Positions 40,156 to 49,121 of a stretch of 64,000 nt of DNA are shown piece by piece. The notes beneath the pieces were generated by a model. The model ran no database searches. It was not told the origin of the DNA and saw nothing but the letters and a program-made list of their open reading frames with translations. The position numbers were made by a program, and so were the translations under genes. Source of the DNA: Acidimicrobiia bacterium (GTDB lineage: Bacteria; Actinomycetota; Acidimicrobiia; Spongiisociales; ZC4RG35); the NCBI GenBank assembly GCA_028284765.1, contig JANQRA010000003.1:144500-208499 (forward strand), read 5' to 3'. Within the stretch, counting starts at the first letter, position 1. The number at the start of each line of letters is the position of its first letter.

Positions 40156-41897
40156 AGATCGCCCATCTGACAACAGTGGACATGAGCCTTCGCTACCTCG
40201 TGCTGCCCCAACTGGAGGCGGCGGCGGAAGCTGGTGAGGCGATTGCCATCTCTGCTCCAGGCCCCTATGTCGCTGAGATCGAACAACGTGGCATCACTCA
40301 CTTCCCGCTCAGCCACTCGACGCGGGGGATGAACCCGCTATCCGATCTCGGAGCCGCTTATCAACTCTGGAAGATTCTGCGGCGAGAGGGCGTCGACATC
40401 CTCCACACCCACAACCCCAAACCAGGCGTATACGGACGCATAGTTGGTCGTCTGGCTGGGGTTCCGATCGTGGTGAACACTGTGCATGGTCTCTATGCGA
40501 CCGAAACCTCGTCACGCCTCAAACGTTGGATCGTGTACGGCCTCGAGTGGTTTGCGGCGAAGTTCTCAGATTCTGAACTGATCCAGAACCCCGAGGACCT
40601 CGACCTACTAGCCGGCAAAAGGATTGTCCCGAGATCAAAGCTTCGGCTCCTGGGCAACGGCGTCGATCTGACACGTTTCAGCCCGGAATCAGCCGACTCG
40701 CACCGAGATGAGACGAGACGAGAATTGGGTCTCGGCCCGGACGACATCGTGGTGGGGATGATCGGGAGATTGGTGGAGGAGAAGGGGGTGCCTGAGCTGT
40801 TGGACGCCTTTGCCAAGATGCCTGAGAACTATCGACTCGTCATTGCCGGGCCCGACGATCCCGAGAAGTCGGATGCCCTGCCGCGGGAGATGATCCGTGG
40901 CGCAGAGGAGAGGGGTGTCCAGTTTCTCGGCATGAGATCGGATGTTGAGCGCCTCTACGGAGCCTTCGACATGTTTGTCCTCCCGAGCCACCGTGAAGGC
41001 TTTCCTCGGGCTGCCATGGAAGCTGCGGCCAGCGGGCTACCACTTATCGCCACTAATATCCGCGGCTGCCGTCAGGTCGTGTCCGACGGTGTCAACGGGC
41101 GCTTGGTGCCGGTGTCTGACGCCGTGGCCTTAGAGGCCGCGATTTTGGAGCTGGGCAGCAGTGAATCCCTGCGTGCGACGATGGCCGCGAAGTCTCTTGA
41201 GATAGCCCGCTCCGACTTCGACGAGCGGGATGTGGTTCGGATCGTGATGGATACCTACGAGTCGGTGGCGAGTGACAAAGGGCTTCGATGGGCGCTTCCG
41301 GTCGGATCCAGTGATGTGTCGGTTCGCATTGCAGACGTCTCGGACGTGGCTGCGGTTGCCGAAATGCACACGAGGCTGATCAACACCGGGTTTCTAGCCA
41401 CCTTGGGGTCGGGATTCCTGAAGGTCCTATACGAAGAGCTGATCAACGACGAGGACTCGGTCGTTTATGTGGCGGTCGGTGGTGACGGACGGCTGGGTTT
41501 CATAGCCGGGACCAAGGACACCGGAGCCCTGTACAAGCGGTTCCTGCGAAGTCGGGCCTTCTCCGCCGGTCTCCGTGTGGTTCCGGCCCTTGGGAGGAGG
41601 GGAACAATCAAGCGGATTGTCGAGACGCTGCGATACGGCGATGAGGCGCCAAGGGCCAAGGCTGAGCTTCTGTCCATGGGAGTCACTCCCCAGTCACAGG
41701 GCAAAGGAGTCGGGTCGCTGCTGATCAACCAGCTTCTCCGATGGAGTGAATCTGAATCGGTCCCGACGATGAAGGTGGTAGTCGGTTCGGAAAACGACAG
41801 GGCCATCCGGCTCTACAACCGAAATGGCTTCGTCGACGGGCGAACCATTGAGGTTCACGAGGGAGATAGTTCGGAGGAGTTCATCTGGTCGGCCTAG
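40152..41897 (+). CDS. Fusion of a family 4 glycosyltransferase with a C-terminal GNAT N-acetyltransferase
   Basis: 581 aa. The first ~380 aa are GT4 (EGFPRAAMEAAASGLPLIATN). The last ~190 aa are GNAT (LLSMGVTPQSQGKGVGSLLINQLL). Confidence 0.7.
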   Translation: MKIAHLTTVDMSLRYLVLPQLEAAAEAGEAIAISAPGPYVAEIEQRGITHFPLSHSTRGMNPLSDLGAAYQLWKILRREGVDILHTHNPKPGVYGRIVGRLAGVPIVVNTVHGLYATETSSRLKRWIVYGLEWFAAKFSDSELIQNPEDLDLLAGKRIVPRSKLRLLGNGVDLTRFSPESADSHRDETRRELGLGPDDIVVGMIGRLVEEKGVPELLDAFAKMPENYRLVIAGPDDPEKSDALPREMIRGAEERGVQFLGMRSDVERLYGAFDMFVLPSHREGFPRAAMEAAASGLPLIATNIRGCRQVVSDGVNGRLVPVSDAVALEAAILELGSSESLRATMAAKSLEIARSDFDERDVVRIVMDTYESVASDKGLRWALPVGSSDVSVRIADVSDVAAVAEMHTRLINTGFLATLGSGFLKVLYEELINDEDSVVYVAVGGDGRLGFIAGTKDTGALYKRFLRSRAFSAGLRVVPALGRRGTIKRIVETLRYGDEAPRAKAELLSMGVTPQSQGKGVGSLLINQLLRWSESESVPTMKVVVGSENDRAIRLYNRNGFVDGRTIEVHEGDSSEEFIWSA

Positions 41898-41947
41898 CAA
41901 TTCTCCTGGCCGCCGGGCTCACGGCCCTGCTCGGCAGGGCCCTCATC

Positions 41948-42826
41948 GTGTTTGGCCTCAGGTCTGGATTCGTCGATGTTCCCGACGATGAGCTGAAGAC
42001 GCACAGTGGGAGACCTGTCCCCTTGGGAGGTGTCGCCGTCTATGTCGCCCTGCACTCGGGACTTGCGGTCATGGGAGAGTTCGACATCGGCTTGTTGGCC
42101 GGGTCAACAGTCGTGCTGATCTTGGGTCTCGCAGACGATCGTCTCTCCTTGTCGCCGATCATCAGGCTGGTGGTTGTATCGGGAGCCGCGCTAGCGACCG
42201 CCCTTCTCCGCCCGGACCCATCGCTGGCGGGAGCCATTGGCTTCACGGTGGCAGTGCTCATCGTCGTCAACGCCATAAACCTGTTCGACGGTCTCGATGG
42301 CTTGGTAGCGATATCCGCCACGTTGACCTCACTCGGCCTTGCTGCTGTGTTCTGGTCATGGCCTCCACTCGTGCTCGGCGCCGCTCTTCTTGGGTTCTAC
42401 CTTTGGAATCGGCCGCCAGCGAGGCTCTACCTGGGTGACAACGGTGCCTACCTGATCGGTCTCTCGCTGGTGTGGCTGGCATACGCAGGCGCGGAATCCG
42501 GATGGGAGATCCTTGTGGGCCTTGCGTTGGTAGGTGTCCCGTTGATCGACATGGCGGCGACGATTTTCCGGCGATACCGCTCCTCCGATCCACTGTTTGA
42601 AGGAGACCGCGATCACAGTTACGACCGATTGCACCAGTCGGGTCGATCGGTGGCCCAAGTCGGACTTTGGGTGGGGTTGATTCAGGCCGCCTGGGTGGTT
42701 GCAGTCTTGGGAATAGCCGCCGTATTTGCCCCTGCCGTGGCGGCTACTGGCTCTGCTGTGCTTGGTGTCGGGCTGGCAGTTCTGGTGGGTTTGCGGGGAG
42801 CTGGGTCAGAGGCGGCAGCTTCTTGA
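41948..42826 (+). CDS. WecA/TagO-like polyprenyl-phosphate HexNAc-1-phosphate transferase (initiating glycosyltransferase); the N-terminus is probably longer than called
   Basis: Conserved NAINLFDGLDGL and YLGDNGAYLIG motifs and multiple transmembrane helices. A transmembrane-like in-frame stretch AILLAAGLTALLGRALIVFG lies upstream of the first canonical start (GTG at 41948). Confidence 0.7.
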   Translation: MFGLRSGFVDVPDDELKTHSGRPVPLGGVAVYVALHSGLAVMGEFDIGLLAGSTVVLILGLADDRLSLSPIIRLVVVSGAALATALLRPDPSLAGAIGFTVAVLIVVNAINLFDGLDGLVAISATLTSLGLAAVFWSWPPLVLGAALLGFYLWNRPPARLYLGDNGAYLIGLSLVWLAYAGAESGWEILVGLALVGVPLIDMAATIFRRYRSSDPLFEGDRDHSYDRLHQSGRSVAQVGLWVGLIQAAWVVAVLGIAAVFAPAVAATGSAVLGVGLAVLVGLRGAGSEAAAS

Positions 42827-44147
42827 CCTCGTATCGGCTCGTCGAGCGTGCCTCCCAGCCAAGTCCGATGATCAGCACGAGGAAGAATGCAATCACCTGA
42901 CCACGCTGGCGGGCGATGATTCCAATGTTGCGGACGACGCTGAACGCCACGGCAAACCCGAGCAGGTAAAACGTCGAGAAGACGACGTAGGGTCGCGATC
43001 GCCAGTACTTCAGATTGCGCCAAACGGCCGGGAGCCGCCACAGAGTGAAACCTGCCAGCAAGGCTGTCTCTCCTGCTGCGAGCAGATGCTGAAGTTCGGT
43101 GGCCTCCCAGGGGAAAGGCCGGTAGAGCACGTGCGCCAACGCCATCGGGACGTCGAGTGGTGTGGTGACGACTCCTCCTGATCCGACCGAGCCTGAAGAT
43201 GTTCGCCGGACGACGTCGGCGGCGAATTCATCCACAGCCTGGCTGCTGAGAACATCGACCCCAAAGATGTCAGGGAAGACAGCCACCACGGCGGCAGAGG
43301 CGGCTAGCCCTCCTGCGAGGAGCATCAACCGTCGAAATGCCGCCCCCTGGTCGAGAGCTTTGGGCTTGGCAACCAGGGCCGTCAGCACCAGCGCACCGAC
43401 CACCAACGCGGCGATGTGGACCCGTACCAGACCGAGGGCAACCAGCGACACGCCCAGTCCTGTTAGCCAGCGGACTTCGAAGGCTTCGAGAGATCGACTG
43501 ATGAAGTAGGCCGATAGCCCAAGGGCCAGAACGACGAGAGCGTCTTTGCCGATCGACGACGGCCAGAAGGCGTAGGTCGGCAGGAGGAATATGAGGATTG
43601 CGTAGGGCTTGAGTTGATGGGGCTGTGCGTGTCGGCGGAATGCTGCGTAGAAGAGGATCTGACCGAGAAACGCCAGGATGGCGAAGAGCACGAAGCCGCC
43701 AAGAAGATCGGGTGTGATTATTGCGAAGAGACCCCCGGTGAAGGCTTCCACGACTTGGGTTCCGAAAGAACCTCTCCCGGTGAGCTCGGGGATGCTTCCG
43801 GACCGCCACTCTGAGGCAAGGTCGACACCAACGCGGTAGTACCGGAACGAGTCACCCGATCCGTACAGCACCGTGACCATGTAGTAGCGCCCAAGGACGC
43901 CTACCAACTTTGCTGCGAATCCGATTGCGATCCACTTCGGCAGCCATGCCTTGTCGTGCTCGCGTCGAATGGACCATCCGATGGCTGTCACCAGAAGCCC
44001 GCCCATTAGGGCAATGACTATCACCGCGGCGCCGGAGGCACCGACGCCGAGGAGAATCCCGAGCATGACCGTGGCGACTGCCGCAAGGGCGAGAATCGGG
44101 CCGTCAGATTTCACAGGAGCTCCAGGTCGGACATGGCGAAGTCCCAC
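42744..44147 (-). CDS. O-antigen polymerase/ligase-like (Wzy_C-type) polytopic membrane protein
   Basis: 467 aa, more than 10 transmembrane helices. No soluble catalytic motif. Sits in a Wzx/Wzy-type locus. Confidence 0.45.
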   Translation of the reverse strand: MGLRHVRPGAPVKSDGPILALAAVATVMLGILLGVGASGAAVIVIALMGGLLVTAIGWSIRREHDKAWLPKWIAIGFAAKLVGVLGRYYMVTVLYGSGDSFRYYRVGVDLASEWRSGSIPELTGRGSFGTQVVEAFTGGLFAIITPDLLGGFVLFAILAFLGQILFYAAFRRHAQPHQLKPYAILIFLLPTYAFWPSSIGKDALVVLALGLSAYFISRSLEAFEVRWLTGLGVSLVALGLVRVHIAALVVGALVLTALVAKPKALDQGAAFRRLMLLAGGLAASAAVVAVFPDIFGVDVLSSQAVDEFAADVVRRTSSGSVGSGGVVTTPLDVPMALAHVLYRPFPWEATELQHLLAAGETALLAGFTLWRLPAVWRNLKYWRSRPYVVFSTFYLLGFAVAFSVVRNIGIIARQRGQVIAFFLVLIIGLGWEARSTSRYEVKKLPPLTQLPANPPELPARHQAQQSQ

Positions 44148-45061
44148 GAGCCTAGGTCAAACACGTCAACTGAGATTGGGGCGAGCTCACGTGCGACCAA
44201 TCGAAGGGTCTTGACACCGGGGAGGCGCCGAAGCCCGGCGCGTCGGATGTACTTCTCTTCGGGTGATCCTGCGCTGAACCAACTGGTCACAAATCGGGAG
44301 CGGTTGGCTCGAACAATCGCCTTCACCGTTGTGGCATCGGCGTCGCCAAGGACGTCAGCAATGCGTGTCTCGGACTTGAGCCCACGACGCGAAGCCCTGG
44401 CGACAACTCCGCCGGCGCGGGTCGGGACCAAGCCGTAGTGAGCTGTCGGATGCTCATTGAACCTCCAATGCAGGTACGCCGGGTCTCGCTTGGTCCGAAG
44501 GCCGCGTGCTGGACGGTCGGTCATGGCCGGGACGACGAAAGGGCTTATTCCCGGAAGCGAGTCTCCCAACGCCGGATAACGCTCCTTGTCGACCTTGAGC
44601 GAAGGTCCGAGGCGAGGTCTGAGGTAGGCGCCGAGGTATCCGACCTCTTTCCAACCCATCTTCAGATACCCGGGTCCCGATTGCTCATTCGGAGTGTTGA
44701 AGACGAGCCTGACTCCGCTGTCTCGGGCCACCTCGATCGCACTTTCGGTCAGAGTGCGGAACACTCCCTGTCGTCCGAACTCGGGATGGGTGGCCGTGTC
44801 GACGGCTCGTACGCACTGGATCGTCTCGCCCTCGCTGGTTAGGAGCTCCCATCTCATCAGAGCTCGGACTCCGGCCAGCCGATCGCCAGCCTGGGCGACC
44901 ATCACGACTGACTTCCCAAACGGGTTCTCATAGTGCTTCCAGCGGAAAAGGGCGTCAGTGCGCTGCAGCAGTGGCGTCTCGCCAAGCGCTGCCTTGAGGA
45001 TCTCGAGGATCTCCGGGATATCCGACTCGGTGGCAATGCGAGCCTTGATGGACTCAGCCAT
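44111..45061 (-). CDS. GNAT-fold acyltransferase with a ~170-aa C-terminal extension (FemAB-like?)
   Basis: 316 aa. N-terminal GNAT motif A (THPEFGRQGVFRTL). Confidence 0.5.
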   Translation of the reverse strand: MAESIKARIATESDIPEILEILKAALGETPLLQRTDALFRWKHYENPFGKSVVMVAQAGDRLAGVRALMRWELLTSEGETIQCVRAVDTATHPEFGRQGVFRTLTESAIEVARDSGVRLVFNTPNEQSGPGYLKMGWKEVGYLGAYLRPRLGPSLKVDKERYPALGDSLPGISPFVVPAMTDRPARGLRTKRDPAYLHWRFNEHPTAHYGLVPTRAGGVVARASRRGLKSETRIADVLGDADATTVKAIVRANRSRFVTSWFSAGSPEEKYIRRAGLRRLPGVKTLRLVARELAPISVDVFDLGSWDFAMSDLELL

Positions 45062-46154
45062 TGAGAGCCTCTCGGTAGATGGTCTCGTAGCGACGGATCA
45101 TGCGTGAGATCGAGTGATGCTCGAACACGTGCCTGGCTCCGTTAGATCCCCACTCGGCCGCATCAGGGTCGGTGAGTGATCGGTCGAGTCCGGCAGCGAG
45201 GGCTTGCGGATCACTCGGGGGTACCAGCAATCCGCTCACCTCGTGTCTGACCACCGATGGCACTCCACCCACCGCGGTCGCTACGACTGGTTTGGCAGAG
45301 GCGAGAGCCTCGAGAATCGAGACGGGTAGACCTTCTACGTCGGCCGGGTTGACGATGACATCTGCTGCGTCGATGAACGTACGCGCGTCGGGCCTGCGGC
45401 CCAGGAAGCGAATCCTCGACCCAACTCCAGCCTCCTCGGCCTCGCCGATAACTCTCACGAGGTCGCCTTCGTGCTTCTCACCTCCTATAGAGACGACGAG
45501 GAAGTCATCGTTGTGCATAAGGGCGGTCGCCTGGATCAGGTTGGTGTGGCCCTTGTGAGGTCTGATGTTGCCTACGTGGACGATGAGCTTGGTTGTCTCG
45601 GCGATCCCGAGTTCGGCCCTCGCTTCGCCGCCAGGCTCGCGCATCGGAGCCACACCATTGGGTATCACCACGGGTTCGGGTCCGGGATAGCCGGAGAGGC
45701 TCTCGGCTACTGGTTCGGAGACTGCTATCACCGCTCGATTTCGACCATACGTGGCTTTGTTGAGGGTCTTTGTTGGCTCCCGATACGAGCTGGCGATGTT
45801 GTGTTCCGTGTAGACAACCGGCACGCCGCCAGCGACACGGGCGAGAATTCCCGACGACGGCAGATGTGCATGGATCAGGTCGGGCGCGGTCTCCTTGACC
45901 AAAGTCCGAAACCTGGCGAAGGTCGCTGGTGTCAGTCCCTTCTCTCCGCCGACACAGGTGACTTCGATGCCCAGATCGGTGATGGGCTCGACCAACTGAT
46001 CCTTCCAAGGAAGCACGTAGGCCACCGAATAGTCGAACCGATCCAGGTCCCAGTGCCGGGCACCTTCTGAGATCAAGACCTCGGCACCCCCGATGCCAAG
46101 ACCCTTGATGAGTACGAGGACCTTCGTCCTGTTGTCAGTCCTCGGCGACGACAC
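45054..46154 (-). CDS. Glycosyltransferase family 4
   Basis: 366 aa, EGLPVSILEALASAKPVVATAVGGVPSVV. Confidence 0.8.
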   Translation of the reverse strand: MSSPRTDNRTKVLVLIKGLGIGGAEVLISEGARHWDLDRFDYSVAYVLPWKDQLVEPITDLGIEVTCVGGEKGLTPATFARFRTLVKETAPDLIHAHLPSSGILARVAGGVPVVYTEHNIASSYREPTKTLNKATYGRNRAVIAVSEPVAESLSGYPGPEPVVIPNGVAPMREPGGEARAELGIAETTKLIVHVGNIRPHKGHTNLIQATALMHNDDFLVVSIGGEKHEGDLVRVIGEAEEAGVGSRIRFLGRRPDARTFIDAADVIVNPADVEGLPVSILEALASAKPVVATAVGGVPSVVRHEVSGLLVPPSDPQALAAGLDRSLTDPDAAEWGSNGARHVFEHHSISRMIRRYETIYREALNG

Positions 46155-47031
46155 TGGCGATCAGTTCGTCCATTCCCCGGGAGAAGCTCACCTCTGAACG
46201 CCAGCCGAGGACTCTGGCCGCCTTCTCGGCGGAAACGGTCGCTGGGGGGACGTCACCAGGTCTGGGCTCTCCGAAGGAAACTTCGGTGGGGAATCGTTCG
46301 TTGACGATGTCGGCCAGTTCTTTGATCGAGGTCGACTCCGGGGCGACGATATTGAAGACTTCGCCGGTGATGTCTGACTTCGCAGCAAGCTCGAAAGCTC
46401 TTGCGATGTCTCCAGCGTTCGTGAACTGTCGCCCTTGTGAGCCATCACCCTGAATCGTGATTGGCTCCCCGGCACGCGCCCGATCGATGAAAATGCGGAA
46501 CACAGAGTTGGGTCTGAGTCCGGAGCCGTATGCAGTCCCCAGCCGCAGGGCGACAGCTGGTGCCCCTCCGAGACTCGCAGCGGAGAGGACCATCGCTTCG
46601 CCTGCGAGTTTCGTTATCGAGTAAGGATGGTCGGGGTTCGTCGGATGTGTCTCATCGAGCGGCTGATACTCAGGCTCTCCGTAGACCTCCCAGGTCGATG
46701 CATAGACCAGTCGTGCGCCTACCTCAGCGGCAGCCTCAGCGATGATGGCCGACCCCGTGACATTCACGTGGGATGCAAGGTCCGGCTTCTCGCCTGCGAG
46801 ATAGACATCACCAATGGCTCCGATATGGACGATCACATCCATGCCATCGGCGGCCTGCAGGGTGGTGGCCCGGTCGGTGAAGTCTCCTACTACTGACTCG
46901 ACACCGTCGATGTCTGTCGGGTCGCGGTCGAAGCCACGCACAGACCAGCCATCCTGATGGAAGTGACGCGCCACGTGTCTTCCGAGAAAGCCCGCTGCGC
47001 CCGTAACCAAAACTCGCATTGATCGCCCCAT
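46135..47031 (-). CDS. NAD-dependent sugar epimerase/dehydratase (GalE-like SDR)
   Basis: MRVLVTGAAGFLGRHV (Rossmann fold) and YSITKLAGE (YxxxK). Confidence 0.8.
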   Translation of the reverse strand: MGRSMRVLVTGAAGFLGRHVARHFHQDGWSVRGFDRDPTDIDGVESVVGDFTDRATTLQAADGMDVIVHIGAIGDVYLAGEKPDLASHVNVTGSAIIAEAAAEVGARLVYASTWEVYGEPEYQPLDETHPTNPDHPYSITKLAGEAMVLSAASLGGAPAVALRLGTAYGSGLRPNSVFRIFIDRARAGEPITIQGDGSQGRQFTNAGDIARAFELAAKSDITGEVFNIVAPESTSIKELADIVNERFPTEVSFGEPRPGDVPPATVSAEKAARVLGWRSEVSFSRGMDELIASVVAED

Positions 47032-47216
47032 TCGCTTGTCGCTAGTCGTGAATCGTATCTGGTGTTACAGACAACACAGTGGGCCTACGAGGGGATGAGG
47101 TGTCAATGGGTCGACCAGCCCATTCCCACTCTACGTGTCAAGAAACCACTTTCTGTGTCGGCCGAATGCTGATAGAGTCAGACCTGGTCCCGGTGGGTTA
47201 GCAATGGGAGGCGACC

Positions 47217-49121
47217 TTGGGCGGCGCAAGCAATGGGGATAGTCCGAAAGCCCGTGAAATAGTTTCGGCAACGGCTTCTCGATTCAGAGCAGATATCGCG
47301 TTTGCAGTTCTCGACGTGATGATCGTCATCGCCGCCTACACGTTTGGTCTCGCGCTCCGCATGCTCGATCCGTTGGTCGACGACCAGGTGAACTTCTGGC
47401 GCAACCTCGCGATCGCTCTTCCGGTCATCGTTTTGGTTCACATCGTCGCCAACACGATTGCCGGTGCATACGGCCACGTTTGGGAGTACGCCAGCACTTC
47501 CGAGGCTGTGCGTCTGGTGTTCGCCAATGCGGCGGCAGCTGCGGTGATCCTCGGCATGGGTCTGGCTGCCCGGGAGCTTTGGGATTTCGTCATTCCGATT
47601 CTCACACTCGTTGTGGGCGCCCTTGTCTCGTTCCTGATGATGGGAATGGTCCGGTTCCGATCTCGTCTCTTCTCGTATCGCAAGCACTCGGATGGCCCGC
47701 GCTCGCTCGTCGTCGGCGTTGATGCAGATGCTGCTCGATTCGCGCGTGAGGCGCCCGAGGTCGAGGGTGGAGGTCGAGTGATCGGCTTCCTCAACGGCGA
47801 GGCCTCCAAAGGCGGTTCAGATCGGCGCATCGCCGACCTGCCTGTTCTCGGCTCCATCGACGAGGTTGCAGACATCGTCGAAGAGCACGAGATCGATCAG
47901 GTGGTCATCACCGGCAACGATTCTGACATTGTGCGGACCGTCGTGGATGCCTGTCTGGACACTGAAGTCAGGCTGCGAATTCTCCCCGGAACTCAGGATG
48001 TCGTGAGAGACCAGAGGGCCCCGGTCGATGCACGTGACATCAAGGTCGAGGACCTTCTGATTCGGACACCCGTTGAGAGCGACATGACCGCTGTCTGCGA
48101 CCTTCTGAGGGGGAAGACCGTTCTGGTCACCGGAGCTGGAGGCTCGATTGGATCTGAGGTAGTGGCCCAGGTCTTGGAGTACGAGCCGGGTGCGGTCTGG
48201 GCACTGGATCGAGACGAGACACTGCTGCACGACGCCACCGTCCGTTGGCCGGGCCCGGTGTCCGTTTATCTCGGCAACGTCCGAGACGGGGACGCGATGA
48301 TCCGTGCATTCGAGAAGATAAGGCCCGACGTAGTCTTTCACGCTGCTGCCCTCAAGCATGTGCCCATGCTGGAAGAGCATCCCGACGAAGCAGTCCTAAC
48401 CAACGTCGTAGGTACCAGGAACGTCATCGAGGCAGGGTCACGGGTGGGAGTCGAGAACTTCGTCCTGATCTCCACCGACAAGGCGGTGGACCCAACAAGT
48501 GTGATGGGTGCCAGCAAGCGGGTGGCTGAGTTGATGGTCAAGCTCGGCGACGCCCGACAAGACGGTTGCACCTACTCCGCTGTCAGGTTCGGGAATGTGC
48601 TCGGCAGCCGGGGAAGCGTCATCCCCACATTCGTATCCCAGATAAGGAAGGGTGGGCCGGTCACGGTCACCGATCCTGATATGACCCGCTATTTCATGAC
48701 TGTCGACGAAGCGGTTCAGCTCGTGTTGCAGGCGTCGGCTCTCGCCGACAAGGCCGATCTGTTCCTCCTCGATATGGGTGACCCGATCAGGATCGAAGAC
48801 CTCGCACGGCGGTTGATCCGGCTGTCGGGTCTGATCCCAGACGTCGACATCGATATCAAGTACACCGGAATCCGACCTGGGGAGAAGAGGCATGAGCAGC
48901 TTGCGAATGGACCGCTTGAGCCAACATCGAATCCCAAGATCCTCGAGGTCCCGGTCGAGCTTCCCACCGCTGGACTCCTGGCGGAGGCAATCCTGAAGCT
49001 CGAGGAGGCTGCGCTCCAAGGCCGGACTAACGATGTCGTGCGTATCCTTAATAGTCTTGCGGACGGGAGTCTCTGGGCAGACCGCCCAGCAGACGATCGA
49101 CTCAAGACTGGATCTGGATAG
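47217..49121 (+). CDS. Membrane-anchored UDP-GlcNAc 4,6-dehydratase (CapD/WbpM/PglF family)
   Basis: 634 aa. Four N-terminal transmembrane helices, then LVTGAGGSIGSEV ... FVLISTDKAVDPTSVMGASKRVAE. Confidence 0.88.
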   Translation: MGGASNGDSPKAREIVSATASRFRADIAFAVLDVMIVIAAYTFGLALRMLDPLVDDQVNFWRNLAIALPVIVLVHIVANTIAGAYGHVWEYASTSEAVRLVFANAAAAAVILGMGLAARELWDFVIPILTLVVGALVSFLMMGMVRFRSRLFSYRKHSDGPRSLVVGVDADAARFAREAPEVEGGGRVIGFLNGEASKGGSDRRIADLPVLGSIDEVADIVEEHEIDQVVITGNDSDIVRTVVDACLDTEVRLRILPGTQDVVRDQRAPVDARDIKVEDLLIRTPVESDMTAVCDLLRGKTVLVTGAGGSIGSEVVAQVLEYEPGAVWALDRDETLLHDATVRWPGPVSVYLGNVRDGDAMIRAFEKIRPDVVFHAAALKHVPMLEEHPDEAVLTNVVGTRNVIEAGSRVGVENFVLISTDKAVDPTSVMGASKRVAELMVKLGDARQDGCTYSAVRFGNVLGSRGSVIPTFVSQIRKGGPVTVTDPDMTRYFMTVDEAVQLVLQASALADKADLFLLDMGDPIRIEDLARRLIRLSGLIPDVDIDIKYTGIRPGEKRHEQLANGPLEPTSNPKILEVPVELPTAGLLAEAILKLEEAALQGRTNDVVRILNSLADGSLWADRPADDRLKTGSG

